Source: Yuukianura sp. NJ FZ-2021 (lineage: Eukaryota). Taken from it: a stretch of 64,000 nucleotides of DNA. Positions 30,504 to 44,300 of this stretch are shown piece after piece; position 1 is the first letter of the stretch, and the number at the start of each line of letters is the position of its first letter. The translations under genes and the position numbers were made by a program. The notes beneath the pieces are model-generated. The model did not search any database. It was not told the DNA's origin and saw only the letters and a program-made list of their open reading frames with translations. Where the stretch lies: assembly GCA_046563655.1 (NCBI GenBank), contig CM102290.1, positions 13,330,001 to 13,394,000 on the forward strand. The letters are read 5' to 3'.

Positions 30504-31013
30504 TATCCATGAGCCTTCTGAACTCATATCTTTCAGCGATCTGACCTTGGAAATTGTCAATCTGAAAACCTTTACTTCAACGACTGCCGTCCATATTCTA
30601 GTGCTGAGCCCGATGACGCTTTGTAAGGAAAATTATAAAAAGATGCAAATGCAAAGCTATTTAAGCAACTTTTCGCTCTCTTGTTTTAATTTTTATGATA
30701 AACTTTTTACACAGTTAATATTTAGTCGTTCAGTCTTCAATTTTGTACCCTAAAATCTCGTTTGTTTTCCGGTAATTTAGTTTTTAATAATGTATAAATA
30801 TTAAAGTTTGCTCGTTTAAAAAATAAATCCAGAAAGTAGACAGCCATTTTTTGATATATTTTCATACACATTTTGGAAACCGTTTCAACCCCTCAATAAA
30901 CGTAAAGTATTTCAGTATGAAGTTTTCCAAGAATCAGCACAAGTTCGGCAGCGCCAGTAGTACTGCTCCAGCATTCGTCTTTCCTTGTTCCAGTTGCGAA
31001 CGGTTTTGGACAT

Positions 31014-31684
31014 TTATAGTGGCGCTGATGCTGGTACGGGTGGGAGCTGATACAGCGTTCGTCTTTCAGGAAAATAGAACGCTCCGTGTTTTTTCCTTTT
31101 AGCTTTTTCTAAAAATTGTGAAATAGAAATTTTGAAATTGAAAATGGATAAAAACATTTTTTTCGTTTTAGATTTACGCATGTAATCTTCGTATTTGGCA
31201 AGGACTTCGATTTCTTCTTCGTCAAACTCTTCCTCGTCAGATGAGAATTGGTAGGCATTGCTAATGAATGCTGGGATAACGTAGGTATGTGGATCTCGAA
31301 CCTTATGATGACATGTAATGACGCATGAGACGAGCAGGATGCTGCTCAAAACCAATACAAATTCATTAGTACTTGGTCTGTTATAGTGAACTTTGACCTT
31401 ATCTTACTATCCAATGCTGAGAATGGAGATAAGGCCAATGAAAAGCAGCAGTAGCTGTATCCAAACTGAGTCCAAGTCAAACTGGTCTCTGATGAATCTA
31501 ACAAAAATTTTGGAATTAGAATCTGCTGTGCCGGGATTGACATCCGCAGTGCCATTTTTTGGTTCAGGTGACCTCTGAGGTCAAAGTGGACTTACAGATT
31601 GCCAAGAATGAGCTGATCCGAAACTTCTTCATCAGAGAGGTTATCCCAGCCGTCTGAATACCAATCCCTGGTCTCGCTGTTCAT
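31014..31684 (-). CDS. Small membrane protein (~150 aa), 4 exons, uncharacterised
   Basis: Manual splicing gives MNSETRDWYSDGWDNLSDEEVSDQLILGN-LFIRDQFDLDSVWIQLLLLFIGLISILSIG-YSILLVSCVITCHHK...acidic stretch...LPPVPASAPL*, with canonical GT-AG introns in frame. Confidence 0.65.
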
Positions 31685-31973
31685 AAATGAACGGAATGGC
31701 GGCCAGCTTCAATTTGGAAGCAGACACTTCCGTAGCCTTTAATCTCAGCTTCTTTCGTAGCTAGCTGCCTCTGTCAATGTCAACAACCAAACGTCACGGC
31801 GGCATCGAGCCGCAGCTCCAGACGTTCGTTTTATAAGTTGAAAAGTAACGAAATCCTGAGTGCAAACAAAAACAGACAACAAGTGGAAGACATGTTTCCT
31901 TGTCTTTGTTTCCATGGTGACGCAGATGTAAAATTCCATGGTAACAGTGATGCACAATGTCTAGCCACTGAAC

Positions 31974-32253
31974 CAAGGTTTATAGGTTTATAGCGCCCAT
32001 TTATAATGCACTAACAGGTTATACCATAACTCCAATTTTCTTTTACAAATACGAAGAAAAACAACTTTTGCATCAATTTTGTTGATTTTCACAATAAATC
32101 TTTTGAATTTTTACGTTGCTGAGTATACTTTTGATTTTGAATTGCCAACACAATGGAACCGTGTGAGATGTGCGGTTCAAAAAAATTGGAAAAAGGAGTT
32201 ATGGTATAACCTGTTAAGAAAAAACAAACACAATTTGAATTGAAACAACCTCG
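31974..32253. mobile_element. CAAGG-TIR element, non-coding copy lacking an acceptor AG
   Basis: caaggttt...aacctcg; subterminal taacaggttataccataactcc / ggagttatggtataacctgtta; 9-bp TSD ccactgaac/ccaccgaac. Confidence 0.8.
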
Positions 32254-32946
32254 CCACCGAACTTAGACCAAAAAAACTTCAGTTTATACGTTTTTTTTAT
32301 TGAAGTGTCTCGCTTACTTAATCTTAATAGTATGTTAGTAACCAAACGGTGGACAATAATCCTAAAACACTGCATATTGGACAGTGACTCTTCACCTTTA
32401 AAAAGAGACGTTTCTGAAGAAACAGTTAAAAATTTATAATAATTATTCAATAATACTTAATTTAAACAAAGTATTAAACAACAGGTTTGAGACTTTTTTT
32501 TATACCTCAAGTCTCAATCTGGAATTCTCAAATACTTTGAGAAATCAGGAACTACTGTAAAACTTGATAGCTTGTGCTGAGGTGTTCAATAAATTAATTC
32601 GTTCAAATTAGCGTAAGTTGGGATATCGTAGTAACAAATGTGTTTTAAATTAATTGAGTAGTATCAAAATTACAAATATAGTAGTTGAATACGTGGAGTA
32701 AATAAAGTTGTTTCACTTCCATTCCCAATATCATTTTCTCCCCAAGTTATTATAATTGACATAATCAGAAACTAATTCTAATTCACAATTGATAACAACT
32801 AAGAAGGCTATAATAATTTAACAATCTGAACTTGGACGGAAACTGAAGTTGGTACACAATGGGCATTCTGCTAACTTCGGAAAACAAAAAGTTCGCTATT
32901 AGTTTCCGTCCCTAATCGGTACACTCTGCGTGATAAACGTTTAGTA

Positions 32947-33141
32947 CAGTAAATCCTCTCAAATCGCAACTTTCTTGGCTAGAAACTTAAGCTGTTGGGA
33001 GGGAGATGAACCTTACACAAATCAACGATTGATGTTCTGGGTGTATTCCAATAACACTGATGCAGTCTACGGAGAAACTTTACGGTAAGTGCCAATCAAA
33101 CTAACCAATCACAGGAAGTTTCCATTTGAGAGAATCTACTG
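32947..33141. mobile_element. CAGTA-type MITE
   Basis: ta-cagtaaatcctctcaaat...atttgagagaatctactg-ta. Confidence 0.8.
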
Positions 33142-33241
33142 TAATACCCTACTGATTTCTGAATTTCATAATTAAAGCACATTGTGTGCTACTCTGAATA
33201 AATAGTGAAGTTCTTGATACGCTGTTTCCTGAGGTAAGATG

Positions 33242-36200
33242 CTAATCCAGGATGACAATCTCGTCACAGAACATGGATTCTGGAGAGGTGGGGGTAGTGT
33301 CTGGAAGTGGTGAGAAGATGATCTCGTCATCATCAGGTGCCAGTGGATCCTTCAAGCACAATAACATCCACGCCTCCACCTTTGACAAAAAATCCCCAAA
33401 TATTAGCTCAACAGTTTCCAGTATTCCAGTTTTTGTTCTACATTGTACTTATACATACCTTTCGGTCCATCGTAGCGTTCTTTGGCTCAGCTTGTACAAA
33501 CTTCTCAGGAACAAAAAGCTCACCATGATCTACTTCAACATGAAGCTTGAAAGAATTCATTGTCCAGGAACGATTCCCACAAACTTTGCAGGTATATCTG
33601 TAACAGAAATGCAAGTACTAAAATGAAAAGACAAAGTTAGTAACAAAAGTAAATAAATCAAATACCGATGGTAGTTGAGATGTTGACGCAAATGGGTCCT
33701 CATATTTTCCGCAGATTTGGTTCTGTACGTGCCACACTGACAACAGGCATACAGAGACGGTATTTTTGGCAAAGACGTAGACGGCAAAGTTTGTTTTCGC
33801 CTGTTGGCTGGTGATGGTTTTAACTTTGTAGGTGTTTTGGGATTCGGTTGAATTGATTTCACTGGTGATGATGCTTTGGTCACTACAGTCTCAGGAACCA
33901 CATTGACTTCGTTCTCATGCAAGTAGTATATTCCACGAAGATGATCGCGTGAATTCACTCGTCGCCAGATCGGTAGTCGAAAGTTTTCGTCTCCCAGCTC
34001 AGTCCTGGATATTCACAATTCAGAATTGAAATAACAAGAAAAAATTTCATTTTTTTAACAAATTCTGTTTACCGAGAGAAGAAAACCAAGAAACGACCTC
34101 CTTCGCCTTCAGGCTTCCAGCACTTTTTTGACGTCACATGCTTCCCTAGTTGAAAGATGCTGTCCGAATGAAATGTGCAAGAGTCACACATGAATTGGGA
34201 CTTGACTTTGTGAATTGAACGAGCATGGTCCTTCGCCACCGTCCAGTTTGACAAGTTCAACTTGCACGTTAGGCATCTCCACTGCCCTGAACCTTTTGTA
34301 CCCTCATCAGTCCCAGTACCGCTGTAAATATCCAGAATCATAAGGTTCTAGTTAAGTTAAGTCCAAAAATTAAGAAAGCGAAAAGCGAACACTAAACTAA
34401 AAATACATACCGTTTACTAGCACCAGCTTCGTCTTCAGTGCCGCGAATTACAAAGTGATAAGGTCGCAGGCCTGGATGCTTGTCGACCAAATGCTTGTCC
34501 ATGAAATTGGTACGAATAGTGATGAAATCACAGTGTGGACATTTGAGTAACTTTGCTCCATGCAATTTGAGATGAGTGCCTAATTTATCCACGGGGACTG
34601 TGTAGAGAGGGTTTGATCCTACAAAAAAAAAACACAAATTATTACGTAACAATTTGCAACATTTTAAATGAATGTAAAAATGCGTCTTCTTACGTGTACC
34701 ATCCAACAATTGACAATGAGGGCACATGTATGTGTCGTATTCAGAATGAAGGGCTTTCATATGTGCTCTGAGCATCGAATCGTCCACTGTGATTTGAGCA
34801 CAACTTGGTACGCTACACACGTATCTGAACTGAGCTTCAACAAACTGCGGCAGTGTTTCTTTGGCTGTCGCAGAAACAACTCTGAAAGTAAAAACAACAG
34901 TAAACACCTTAAATTTCGTGACCTAAGGAACACAATCACGCAAGTCAGTATTTAAACTTACGCCTTAGCATTATGTGTACTCCCAGCCCAGTTCGTCATT
35001 TTGTCAAACATCATCTCTTTCCTTTCCAACCAAGGAACTGAATTGACCGTAGCTTGAGCAGGTACAAGTGTAGTTGAACCTTCTTCCTCAGCCCATTTGT
35101 GGAGATTCAAATGCCGTGTCATGTTAGTTCGTACTTTGGTGGAGTAGGAGCAAAGAGCACAGTGTACTTCTGACCTGTGTGTCCAAACAGATAGAATTAC
35201 ATTGTTAAACTCTGTTAAAGATACTGCTTAAGTTATGAATTAGCATTTGACTAAACTTACAACAACGTGCTGGAAGGCGGAATGTCATCGATTTCATTAG
35301 GATGAAACTGTATGCGTGGAACATAAACCAATGGATTCTTCTGAATAAGGTTGAAATCAACTGGATTTGACAGTATGTCTTTCGGGTACCAAAGCCCATC
35401 ACACGATTTCGGTAAGTTGCAGTGAGTACTTTTGAAAATCATTGTGACGGCACTGTACTTGTGATAAGACTGTAAAGCAGAATAAGTTAGGATTAGAAAA
35501 TTCAAACTGTTCGTCACATTCACAATATTACTGAAGTACAATTTTACCTTCAAATGTTTTTTCATCTCAGTAGCATTACGGCCTTTGTATGAACAAAGAG
35601 CACACCAATTGTTGGCTTTCCCATGAAGATTGATGTGTTCAAAGAACGAGGCTGGAGTTAGGTAACGCCTTCCACAGTGTGGACAAACATGACCAATCTC
35701 TGGGTTGAAGAATTTGCATGACATGTGATGATGCACTTTCAGCAATTGCAAAGTGAGGCTAGAAAATTCACAACCTATATTTGCGCACCGGTACAAATCC
35801 GTCCCTGAAGAAAAAAAAACAAATAAATAAAGTTAGTACTGTCTTTAGTATTGATTTTTTTAAATACTAGAATTAAATACTAGAATACAAAAAAAATTAG
35901 ATATTGAGAAATTAGACAACCTTTTTAAGAAATATAATTCGGTTGTCAAGGAACCTTGCTTACCTTCGAGATCAACCATCAAGCCAATGTCAGAATGTGG
36001 ACTTGCTGGACAGCTATGACTAGTAGATGGCGGATTACTAACAGGAGTTTGGCTGTGAACCGAAGCACTAGGTGTTAGGACCGTGGATGAAATGGAACGT
36101 GGACTGGCCAACGGCGTTTGAGGAGAACGTGTGCTTCCAGCAGCAGCAACGCTATTTGAAACCGACTGCACAACTTCTTCTGTAATTTCATATTTCTGTG

Positions 36201-39200
36201 TGAACGTAACGCCGTCGTAGTCCAAACTTTCAGAGTCTGATTCCTCCTCAAATACTTCTTCCCCGAAGAAGTCATTGGCTTCTGCATCGTCTTCTTCGTC
36301 GTTGACATCACTTCCATCTCCATAACCGCTTGTCGATTGTGATTCTTCATTTATATCTCGGATTGAAAGTGAACCGTCCATGTTTACAGGAGTTGAACTG
36401 AAGGCAGCCTCGCTCGTACTCACGACAGGAACCAAATGTCGGATTTCATCTTCTAGTTCTTGGAGATTGCAAAGAGTGTCCAACAGGAGACGAACAGTCG
36501 CTTTAGCATCTTCCAAGACATCGGCTTCTGATTCCTCCAATACAGCAGGGTCCTCTGATTCCATTTGAGAGACATACAACTTCTCACTAACTTCACAGCA
36601 TTCAAGAATGTACGACACTCGTGGTCGCTTGAGTCGTTTGTATCGAGGAGCCTCAGCCATTTGAATTTTAGGTGATTCTGGTAACGTCGAAGGTTCTCCA
36701 AGGAACACAATTGACGGTGAAAGTAATGGAGGAATGACGGGCTGCTCAGAACTGTTTCCAGGATCGTTAATGTCTTCAGGCGGCGGTTTACTTGCAGTGT
36801 TAAGAGTATTCAAGGCTTCAGCTTTCTTTGACACAGACTTCCTTTTCTTAGAGGTGCCTGCAAACTTGATACAAACGACGTCAGTCTCACAATGCTTGGT
36901 CAAGTCAAGGTGCTCCCGAATGGATTCCGAACTAATCTGGAAGTATTTGCATTCTCGACAAACATATCCGTAGAATTCATCTGCATCTTCTTCCATGCCA
37001 AGCTTTGTTTCTAAAATGGTGGTAGGCAGAGTTGTGTTGTCTTTCTTATGCAATCGGCAGTGAAATGCAGTGGCCTGTTTTGCGAAAAACTTCATACTGC
37101 AAGTGGAGCATTTGAATCTAAATTCTCCCGTGTGTCCAGTAAGGTGTTGACAGTACTTAGAGACATTTGAGAGCATGATGTTACAAAAGATGCATCTGAT
37201 GGATTCTGCTCTGCTGAATCTTACTTCCATCAACTGTGGGCTATCAGACTTGTTTCTCTCTTGGAGTGACTTGAACGCTTCATCAGTGAGACAAGCTTGC
37301 GGAATAGTTGTTCCTGGATGTTCATTGACGCAGTGAGCTACTATTTTAGTTGAGGTACCAAAAAAATCACAGTTCAAACATGAAATTGCTGCGCTTACTC
37401 CCCGAGCCACTTGCTTCTTTCCTCTTCCACGATTTGGATCTGTGGCAACTCCATCCAGCGGAACACTGTCGGTGGTCGTCGTGTCTTTTGAGCAGGTTGA
37501 TGCAGAACTCAGATTCAAAGTATCAATAGCTCCTAACCCCAAATCGTTAATGACAAAATCTTCAGCTGAAATACCAGGATCTTCATCAGCCTTCAAATTA
37601 GGGATATCTTCATCACTCAGAGTGACTGCAAAGTCTTCAGGTTTGTACAGATAATCCTCATCTTCTTGAAGCCCAAACTCTGCAGGATTCTTCTGAAGCT
37701 CTTTGCCCAAATCCATTAGCTCTGTCTCCGAATTCACAGGATTGATATACTCTAGAGGTGCAGTTTCACGTTCTGGAATATCATCGTTTGCTGCTTTCGG
37801 TAAACCGGGGCCTGGTTCTGAGTTAGACTTGGACTCTGGTTCGGTATTCATTTGGATAGCTTCAAGAGACACAGCACCTTCATTGTCATCATCAGTTTCG
37901 ATGTAATCTTGCCTTGATTTCTTCGACGGAGGACAATCGTGTTGGATCTCTTCATCAGTCGGATTTGAGACTTCCATGTCGTACGATTTACCAGCTGACT
38001 TTTTGGCTTGCCTCGAAGGGCGCTTGCGTCTACCACGGTTATTTGTAACATTGTTCATCTCAGGCATTTCCTCATCTGCTATACGTGATGGTGACAGAGA
38101 TTCGCTCCTAAGACGCGATTGACCACAATTCTTCAACATCACGACTGGTGAAAGTTTTGGAGTAGGAATTTTCCCAGCTTCTGATCCTGCCTGTTCCTGA
38201 GTGACTTCCGCTGTTAAATTATTGTCGCTTGGAGTCTTCGTCTTAAAAGGAAAAAAGAGCAAAATTAATTCAATATATTCAGGAATTCAAACGAAAATAA
38301 AAAGTTTAACTAAACTAACCGCATTACGACGTCGTCCCAGTGGCATCATGGGGTCAAAGTTCATCTCTCGAAGGTCATCATGTAGCCGCTCTAGTTCGTT
38401 TTTCTTCACTGGTACTTTCTTACTACTACGCGTAACTCGTCGTGATCTTGCATCCTCTTCAGCATGATCTTCTCCATCCTTGAATTCTGCATTGTTTTGT
38501 TGAATAGTCGAACTGGTACCAGAGTCAAACTCCTTGGAACTTTCTCCACTCATTTGCCGTGTGCGTTCTTTGACCTTTGCACTTAGTTCTTCCTTCAGTT
38601 TAGCCAAAGCAGTTGCCAAGTAGTCTCCACTGGAACGCAGGACTTCTGCTTCTTCAGTACTGAGAGACTTAAGCAACAGGGACTCTATAAGCTCATCGGA
38701 AACTGCTGGACCTGATTTGCTTGGTTCCTTGTCTGGACCAGGAGCAGAGGAATTCTCGACTACTTGAGTCGAAGATGCAATTGTGACATTGCCAATTGTC
38801 GCAGCAACACAGACAGAATTGTTAAGCTGCTCTTCTTGGGATTCGTCTTCATCTTCACTCCTGTCACTCTCATCCTAAACAGAAATTAATAAAAAGTGAA
38901 TCAATTACATAAAACTGCATACTTAACAGTAAATATTTGGACTTACAATTGGTGGCGGTGGCGGTGACAAATCTATTCTGAGGTCATTGTCTGAATCACT
39001 CACGTCGGTATATCTGTCCGCGGATTCGTCAGTCGCTGTTTCAGAAACTGCTTTCTCCGAACATGTTCCTTGCGAACCTGTTTCGGTAACGCTTGTTTCC
39101 GAAGCTTCTGATTCAATCACAGTCGTTTCGGAGTCATTTGCCTCCGAAGTCTTTGGCTCAACGACTGGCGCCTGAGAAACTACTGGGTCTGGCGGAATAG

Positions 39201-41861
39201 GTTGGAATTCAGTCCTGGCATTTGCAAATCGAAAGGCGTCTATTGGTTGTCGGGGCTCACGAGGTTTCAGTCTAGGATCCAAACTTGGCGCTGATGCTCT
39301 CACTGACGAATGATTGTAGAGTGACATCGGATCCATTGCAGAGCTAAATCCATTGGAAGGTTGAGATCTGGAATTCATGTTTCTGTTACTGAAACATTCA
39401 GCAGCTCTTGCCTTAATCCTTGACATCATAATTTCCTCTTCAGTTTTCCCACCAACCTCCACGGTATCAACTGATGGAACTTGTGGTTGTGGAAAATTTG
39501 TACTGGAACTCGGGAATCTAGCAGTTGAACTACTGTTGACTAAATTTGGTGTCGGCAGAGGAAGTAAACCGGCACCTTGGGCAGCCACAGATGGAAATCC
39601 CATTAGTAGTTGAGCCTGTCTGATGATATTAGTGGCTTCCAGGGAACTCATAAACTGATTGAAGTTGAGTAAATTCATCGGTGGAACAAGCGGAGGATAC
39701 TGTTGCTGTTGTGCTTGTGCTGGGTTGTGAATTGTAGATGCTGGATCTGTACCGGGTAGTGTTGATCGACTGTTCAAATCTGCCGTTTTGATGGAATCTG
39801 ACAAAAAGCTTAACGGTGGAACTGGCAACTCCTCTGGCTCGGGACTACGTATTTCTTCTGGAAGTTTAGATTCAGAGCGAGAGTGAGTGTGAGAAAATTT
39901 CAGATGAGGAGTAGCACCAGCTGATTCGGAGATTCTCAAGTCTTCATCCAAATACTTGTTCCACCGGCTAGGAACATCTTCTTCATCACTACTAGTTTCT
40001 TCCCATTCCTTCATTCTTCGCTCCATTTCAGCTTTCTTTGAAAGAACATCAGGATCTACGTCGGCCTTTCTCTTAGGCGGTGGCTCGTCGTTATTAACGT
40101 AGTTTGTCTCTGGTTTCCTTCGTTCAAACAATTCTTCCTCGGCACATGATGTTGTTGATTCAGGTTGGCCATGACCATAGTCATACACCCTGCTATCGTT
40201 GTTCAGTCTCAAGAATTGGTTCTCCTGGGTAGTATTGGCAGCATTGGTATGACTGATACTTCGGATAGGTGCTGCAGGCACAGTCGGCAAATACTGAGTA
40301 CTCAGGGTCGACCTGGGAGCAGCAGCAGTTGAGTTATAATTGTTTGGATGGCCAAGTCGGATGTTTGGAGCAAAGTCTGTGCTGGGAGCAGCAACTGGTG
40401 GTTCAACCCGCTTTGAATTGAATGTTCCCTGGAAACGGCTTGGAGGAAAATTGGATAAAGGATAAACCTCTCGATCGGTAGGAATCACTCTGGGATAAGA
40501 CTCTGCAGCAGGTCCATTACGACGCGTAAATTGAGAATCCGTGAGGGTACTTGGTGGAGACGGACTCCTTGCGGAGTATATCTCGTCACGAGAGACGCCG
40601 TCGGATCTTGGCTCAATTGTACTTATAGTGATAGCAGCCTAGAAGGATAAAACATACGTTTTAATACACACAGTTTAGGAAAAACAAAACGATTTATTTA
40701 CAACTCACCTTTGGTGCCGTGATGGGACCTTTGTTAATTAGCGCCATGACTTTATCCTGTGCTCGTTTCAAGGTTTGCATTCCGACATTTCTGTTTAAAA
40801 ATCCCAAGAACATTTCCAACTAAACTTCAGTTTCAATTTAAAAACTAAACAGTTCCTTGGTCTTCAACTTACTCGTCACGTTTTATATCTTGTATTACAT
40901 CCAGACACCAATCAATATCATCTACTTCCTCTTTCAATTCTTTCTCTCGTCGAAATTGAACAATGGAGGCTTTACGTGCAGTGAGCCAGGGAACATACTC
41001 TTTCAGCCTGTGTTGTAATTTTTCGATTTCCAGTCCTAGAATTCAAAAAACAAGAATACGTAAATTAAACGTTATCATAAGATTGATGACAAAATACCAA
41101 AAAGGTTGCCAGTCATACGAAATCATAAGCTAACCTTGTTGTGGGTGAAGTGGATTTTTTGAACGGAAAACTTCAACGGAAGACCTTTTATCACTTCGAG
41201 CAGAACCGAAATCCGGTTTATTCCATGTTGGATGATGTGAATCAGCAGCGACAGGAACCTTCGGCTCATCCCTGAATCTTGATGTTACTCCGCGTGGTGG
41301 TGGAGAAGAATTCTTTGAAGACGTACTGTGCTGAGATGTGTTGGATAAACGTTGAGGAGGAAACGGATTGATATAGGCTGAAGGAGACCTTGATCGGTTT
41401 TCTCGAGGCCAATGTGATGACGATGTCGTATCAGAACGAGATCGTTCGGATTGGGAATACGGCAACAGTGCAGCATGAGAGTTGTTTCTGGGTACTTGAT
41501 TAGCCCGAAAATCACCGTCTCTGGAGTACTTCCAACGATTACTACCGTCGTCACCGCTTCGTCCAGAATTGTGACGATGGTGATACGAATCACGATGATG
41601 AGATTCCCTATGGTTATACTGGCTTCTATCAAAATCAGCATGTCTGTTCCGGTAAGAATCGTCTCTGTTGGTATTGCTGCTTCTGCTTCTAGTGTACTTG
41701 GCACTGCCGTGATCCGCATTCGTTCCTGAATCAGCAGGTGGAACGTAACGAGAGTAAGAGTAGTTGATTCCAGAAGATGAGTTGTGATTTGACCTCGGAT
41801 TGGAACCGGCATTAGAATAGTTGGATCGGTTGTAACTCCAGTTACGATCGCTGTCGCCCAT
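33242..41861 (-). CDS. Large multi-C2H2 zinc-finger protein with low-complexity N-terminus, multi-exon
   Basis: Consecutive minus-strand ORFs with GT-AG junctions; many CxxC...HxxxH motifs (CIFCNIMLSNVSKYCQHLTGH-TGEFRFKC, CPHCGRRY...HINLH, CPHCDF...HLVDKH); last exon ends IVILD* at 33242. Confidence 0.85.
35905..35958 (+). mobile_element. Solo terminus of a CAAGG element next to a splice donor
   Basis: aacctttttaagaaatataattcggttgtcaaggaaccttg resembles the right end of the 2459 copy; no partner TIR in this 159-nt intron. Confidence 0.6.
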
Positions 41862-42805
41862 TCTGATTACGATGTCATTAGATGTTCAGCAGAATCATTC
41901 GAAATTGGTGATCTTATGGCAAATCAATCAGAAAATCTGTAAAATAATCATCCAGTCATAAGAATTAAAAGCAATCCAAACTTGTCATGCAGTGAGGACA
42001 TGTACTACGTACAGTCTATGAATAAAACGAATCTCCAAAATCGACTATTTGTCGTTTCAGTATTGCACCTATAAGGCGTGAGATGGATTCCAAACGTAAT
42101 TAATGATCATTTAACCAGTTGACAGGATTGAAACGTGGTCATTTACGTTAACGGGTATCCTAAGTTCGTTATCCGGACTGCTACGAATTAAAGGCCTGGC
42201 GTACCGTATACCGTTCGTTTCCAGACACCTACGAAAGTGAACGTTGAGAGAAAGTACTGGCGAGTGATGACTTGGAGATTTTGCGAGTTAATTGATGAAT
42301 ACTGTTTATATTCAATATGGAATTGGTAATTTCTTAACTGGGATTCGGTGAATTATAAGACGAAGTAGAGCCATTCCCTTGTTCTCTTTCTCCTTACAAT
42401 TAAAAGGGAAAGATGGGTTACATAGAAAGAGAGAGTATAATCTAAATATTTCCAATAAAAGTGCTCTCTTCTCTCAGGCCCACTTTAGACACTAAAGTGG
42501 GGCAATTCGAAACTTATTTCAAAAAACAAAGGATGGTTTCGGATAAGCGTTGCCAAACCGGCCCAGCGCCATTTGTTTGTTTGTATATTCTCCGGCCCAC
42601 TTAATAACGATATAAAACGTTTTAAATTCGTTGTTTTTTATCACAAATGTGCAACTTGTGTGAAAATGTACAAATGGTTTGTATGCGCTGCACAAATTCC
42701 TTTCGGAATTGTGCATTGTATACAAACCGTGTGGGCGACGTCGAAACTGAAAGAAAACATTAAAATGGAGAATTTTTGATAATAAAATTACCGTTAACCT
42801 CGACC

Positions 42806-44161
42806 TTAAAAGTTTGAGCCAGAAAAGTTTGAGCCAGAAAAGCCTGATCAAGAAAAGTCAGACCCGGAATAGTCTTATCTGTCAGACCCGGAATAGTCTT
42901 ATCTAGAAAAGTCTGATCAAGAAAAATCTGACCCAGAAAAGTTTGACCCATAAAAGTCTTATCTAGAAAAGTCTGAGCCAGAAAAGTCTGATCAAGAAAA
43001 GTCAGATCCGGAAAAGTCTAATCCAGAAAAGTTTGACCCATGAAAGTCTTACCTAGAAAAGTCTGATGCAGAAAAGTCTGATTCAGAAAAGTTTGAGCCA
43101 GAAAAGTCTGATCAAGAAAAGTCAGACCCGGAAAAGTCTTATCTAGAAAAGTCTGATCCAGAAAAGTTTTAGCCAGAAAAGTCTGATCAAGAAAAGTCAG
43201 ATCCGGAAAAGTCTTATCTAGAAAAGTCTTATCCAGAAAAGTCTGATCAAGAAAAATCTGATCCAGAAAAGTTTAACCCATAAAAGTCTTATCTGGAAAA
43301 GTCTGAGCCAGAAAAGTCTGATCAAGAAAAGTCAGATCCGGAAAAGTCTAATCCAGAAAAGTTTGACCCATAAAAGTCTTATCTAGAAAAGTCTGATCCA
43401 GAAAAGTCTGATCAAGAAAAGTCAGACCCGGAAAAGTCTTATCTAGAAAAGTCTGATCCAGAAAAGTCTAATCCAGAAAAGTTTGACCCATAAAAGTCTT
43501 ATCTAGAAAAGTCTGATCCAGAAAAGTCTGATCAAGAAAAATCTGATCCAGAAAAGTTTGACTCATAAAAGTCATCTAGAAAAGTCTGAGCCAGAAAAGT
43601 CTGATCAAGAAAAGTCAGACCCGGAAAAGTCTTATCTAGAAAAGTCTGAGCCAGAAAAGTCTGATCAAGAAAAGTCAGATCCGGAAAAGTCTAATCCAGA
43701 AAAGTTTGACCCATGAAAGTCTTATCTAGAAAAGTCTGAGCCAGAAAAGTCTGATCAAGAAAAGTCAGATCCGGAAAAGTCTAATCCAGAAAAGTTTGAC
43801 CCATAAAAGTCTTATCTAGAAAAGTCTGATGCAGAAAAGTCTGATCCAGAAAAGTTTGAGCCAGAAAAGTCTGATCAAGAAAAGTCAGACCCGGAAAAGT
43901 CTTATCTAGAAAAGTCTGATCCAGAAAAGTCTAATCCAGAAAAGTTTGACCCATAAAAGTCTTATCTAGAAAAGTCTGATCCAGAAAAGTCTTATCAAGA
44001 AAAATCTGATCCAGAAAAGTTTGACTCACAAAAGTCATCTAGAAAAGTCTGAGCCAGAAAAGTCTGATCAAGAAAAGTCAGACCCGGAAAAGTCTTATCT
44101 AGAAAAGTCAGATCCAGAAAAGTCTGACCAAGAAAAGTTCGACCCATAAAAGTCTTATCCA
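42806..44161. repeat. 15-bp tandem array (consensus ccagaaaagtctgat), ~90 units with recurring variant blocks
   Basis: Direct reading: aaaagtc/aaaagtt every 15 nt, with variants tctgatcaag, tcagacccgg, tcttatctag, tttgacccat. Confidence 0.97.
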
Positions 44162-44300
44162 TAGTCGTAGTTCTGCTCCTGAGCACGGAAACAGAATACG
44201 ACTAAAGTCGTGTTCAGGCCCCTGAGCACGCACAGAAAGTACGACAATAGTCGTATTCAGGCCCCTGAGCTCGCACAGAAAATACGACTAAAGTCGTATT
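44162..44300. repeat. ~40-bp tandem repeat, ~3.5 copies
   Basis: agtcgtattcaggcccctgagcacgcacagaaa.tacgac repeated. Confidence 0.85.

Noticed and set aside
42806..44161. Pentapeptide-repeat protein (FLDQT)n on the minus strand, or a CRISPR-like array
   Set aside because: The frame is broken by repeated TAG codons and indels; there are no unique spacers, and the context is eukaryotic.
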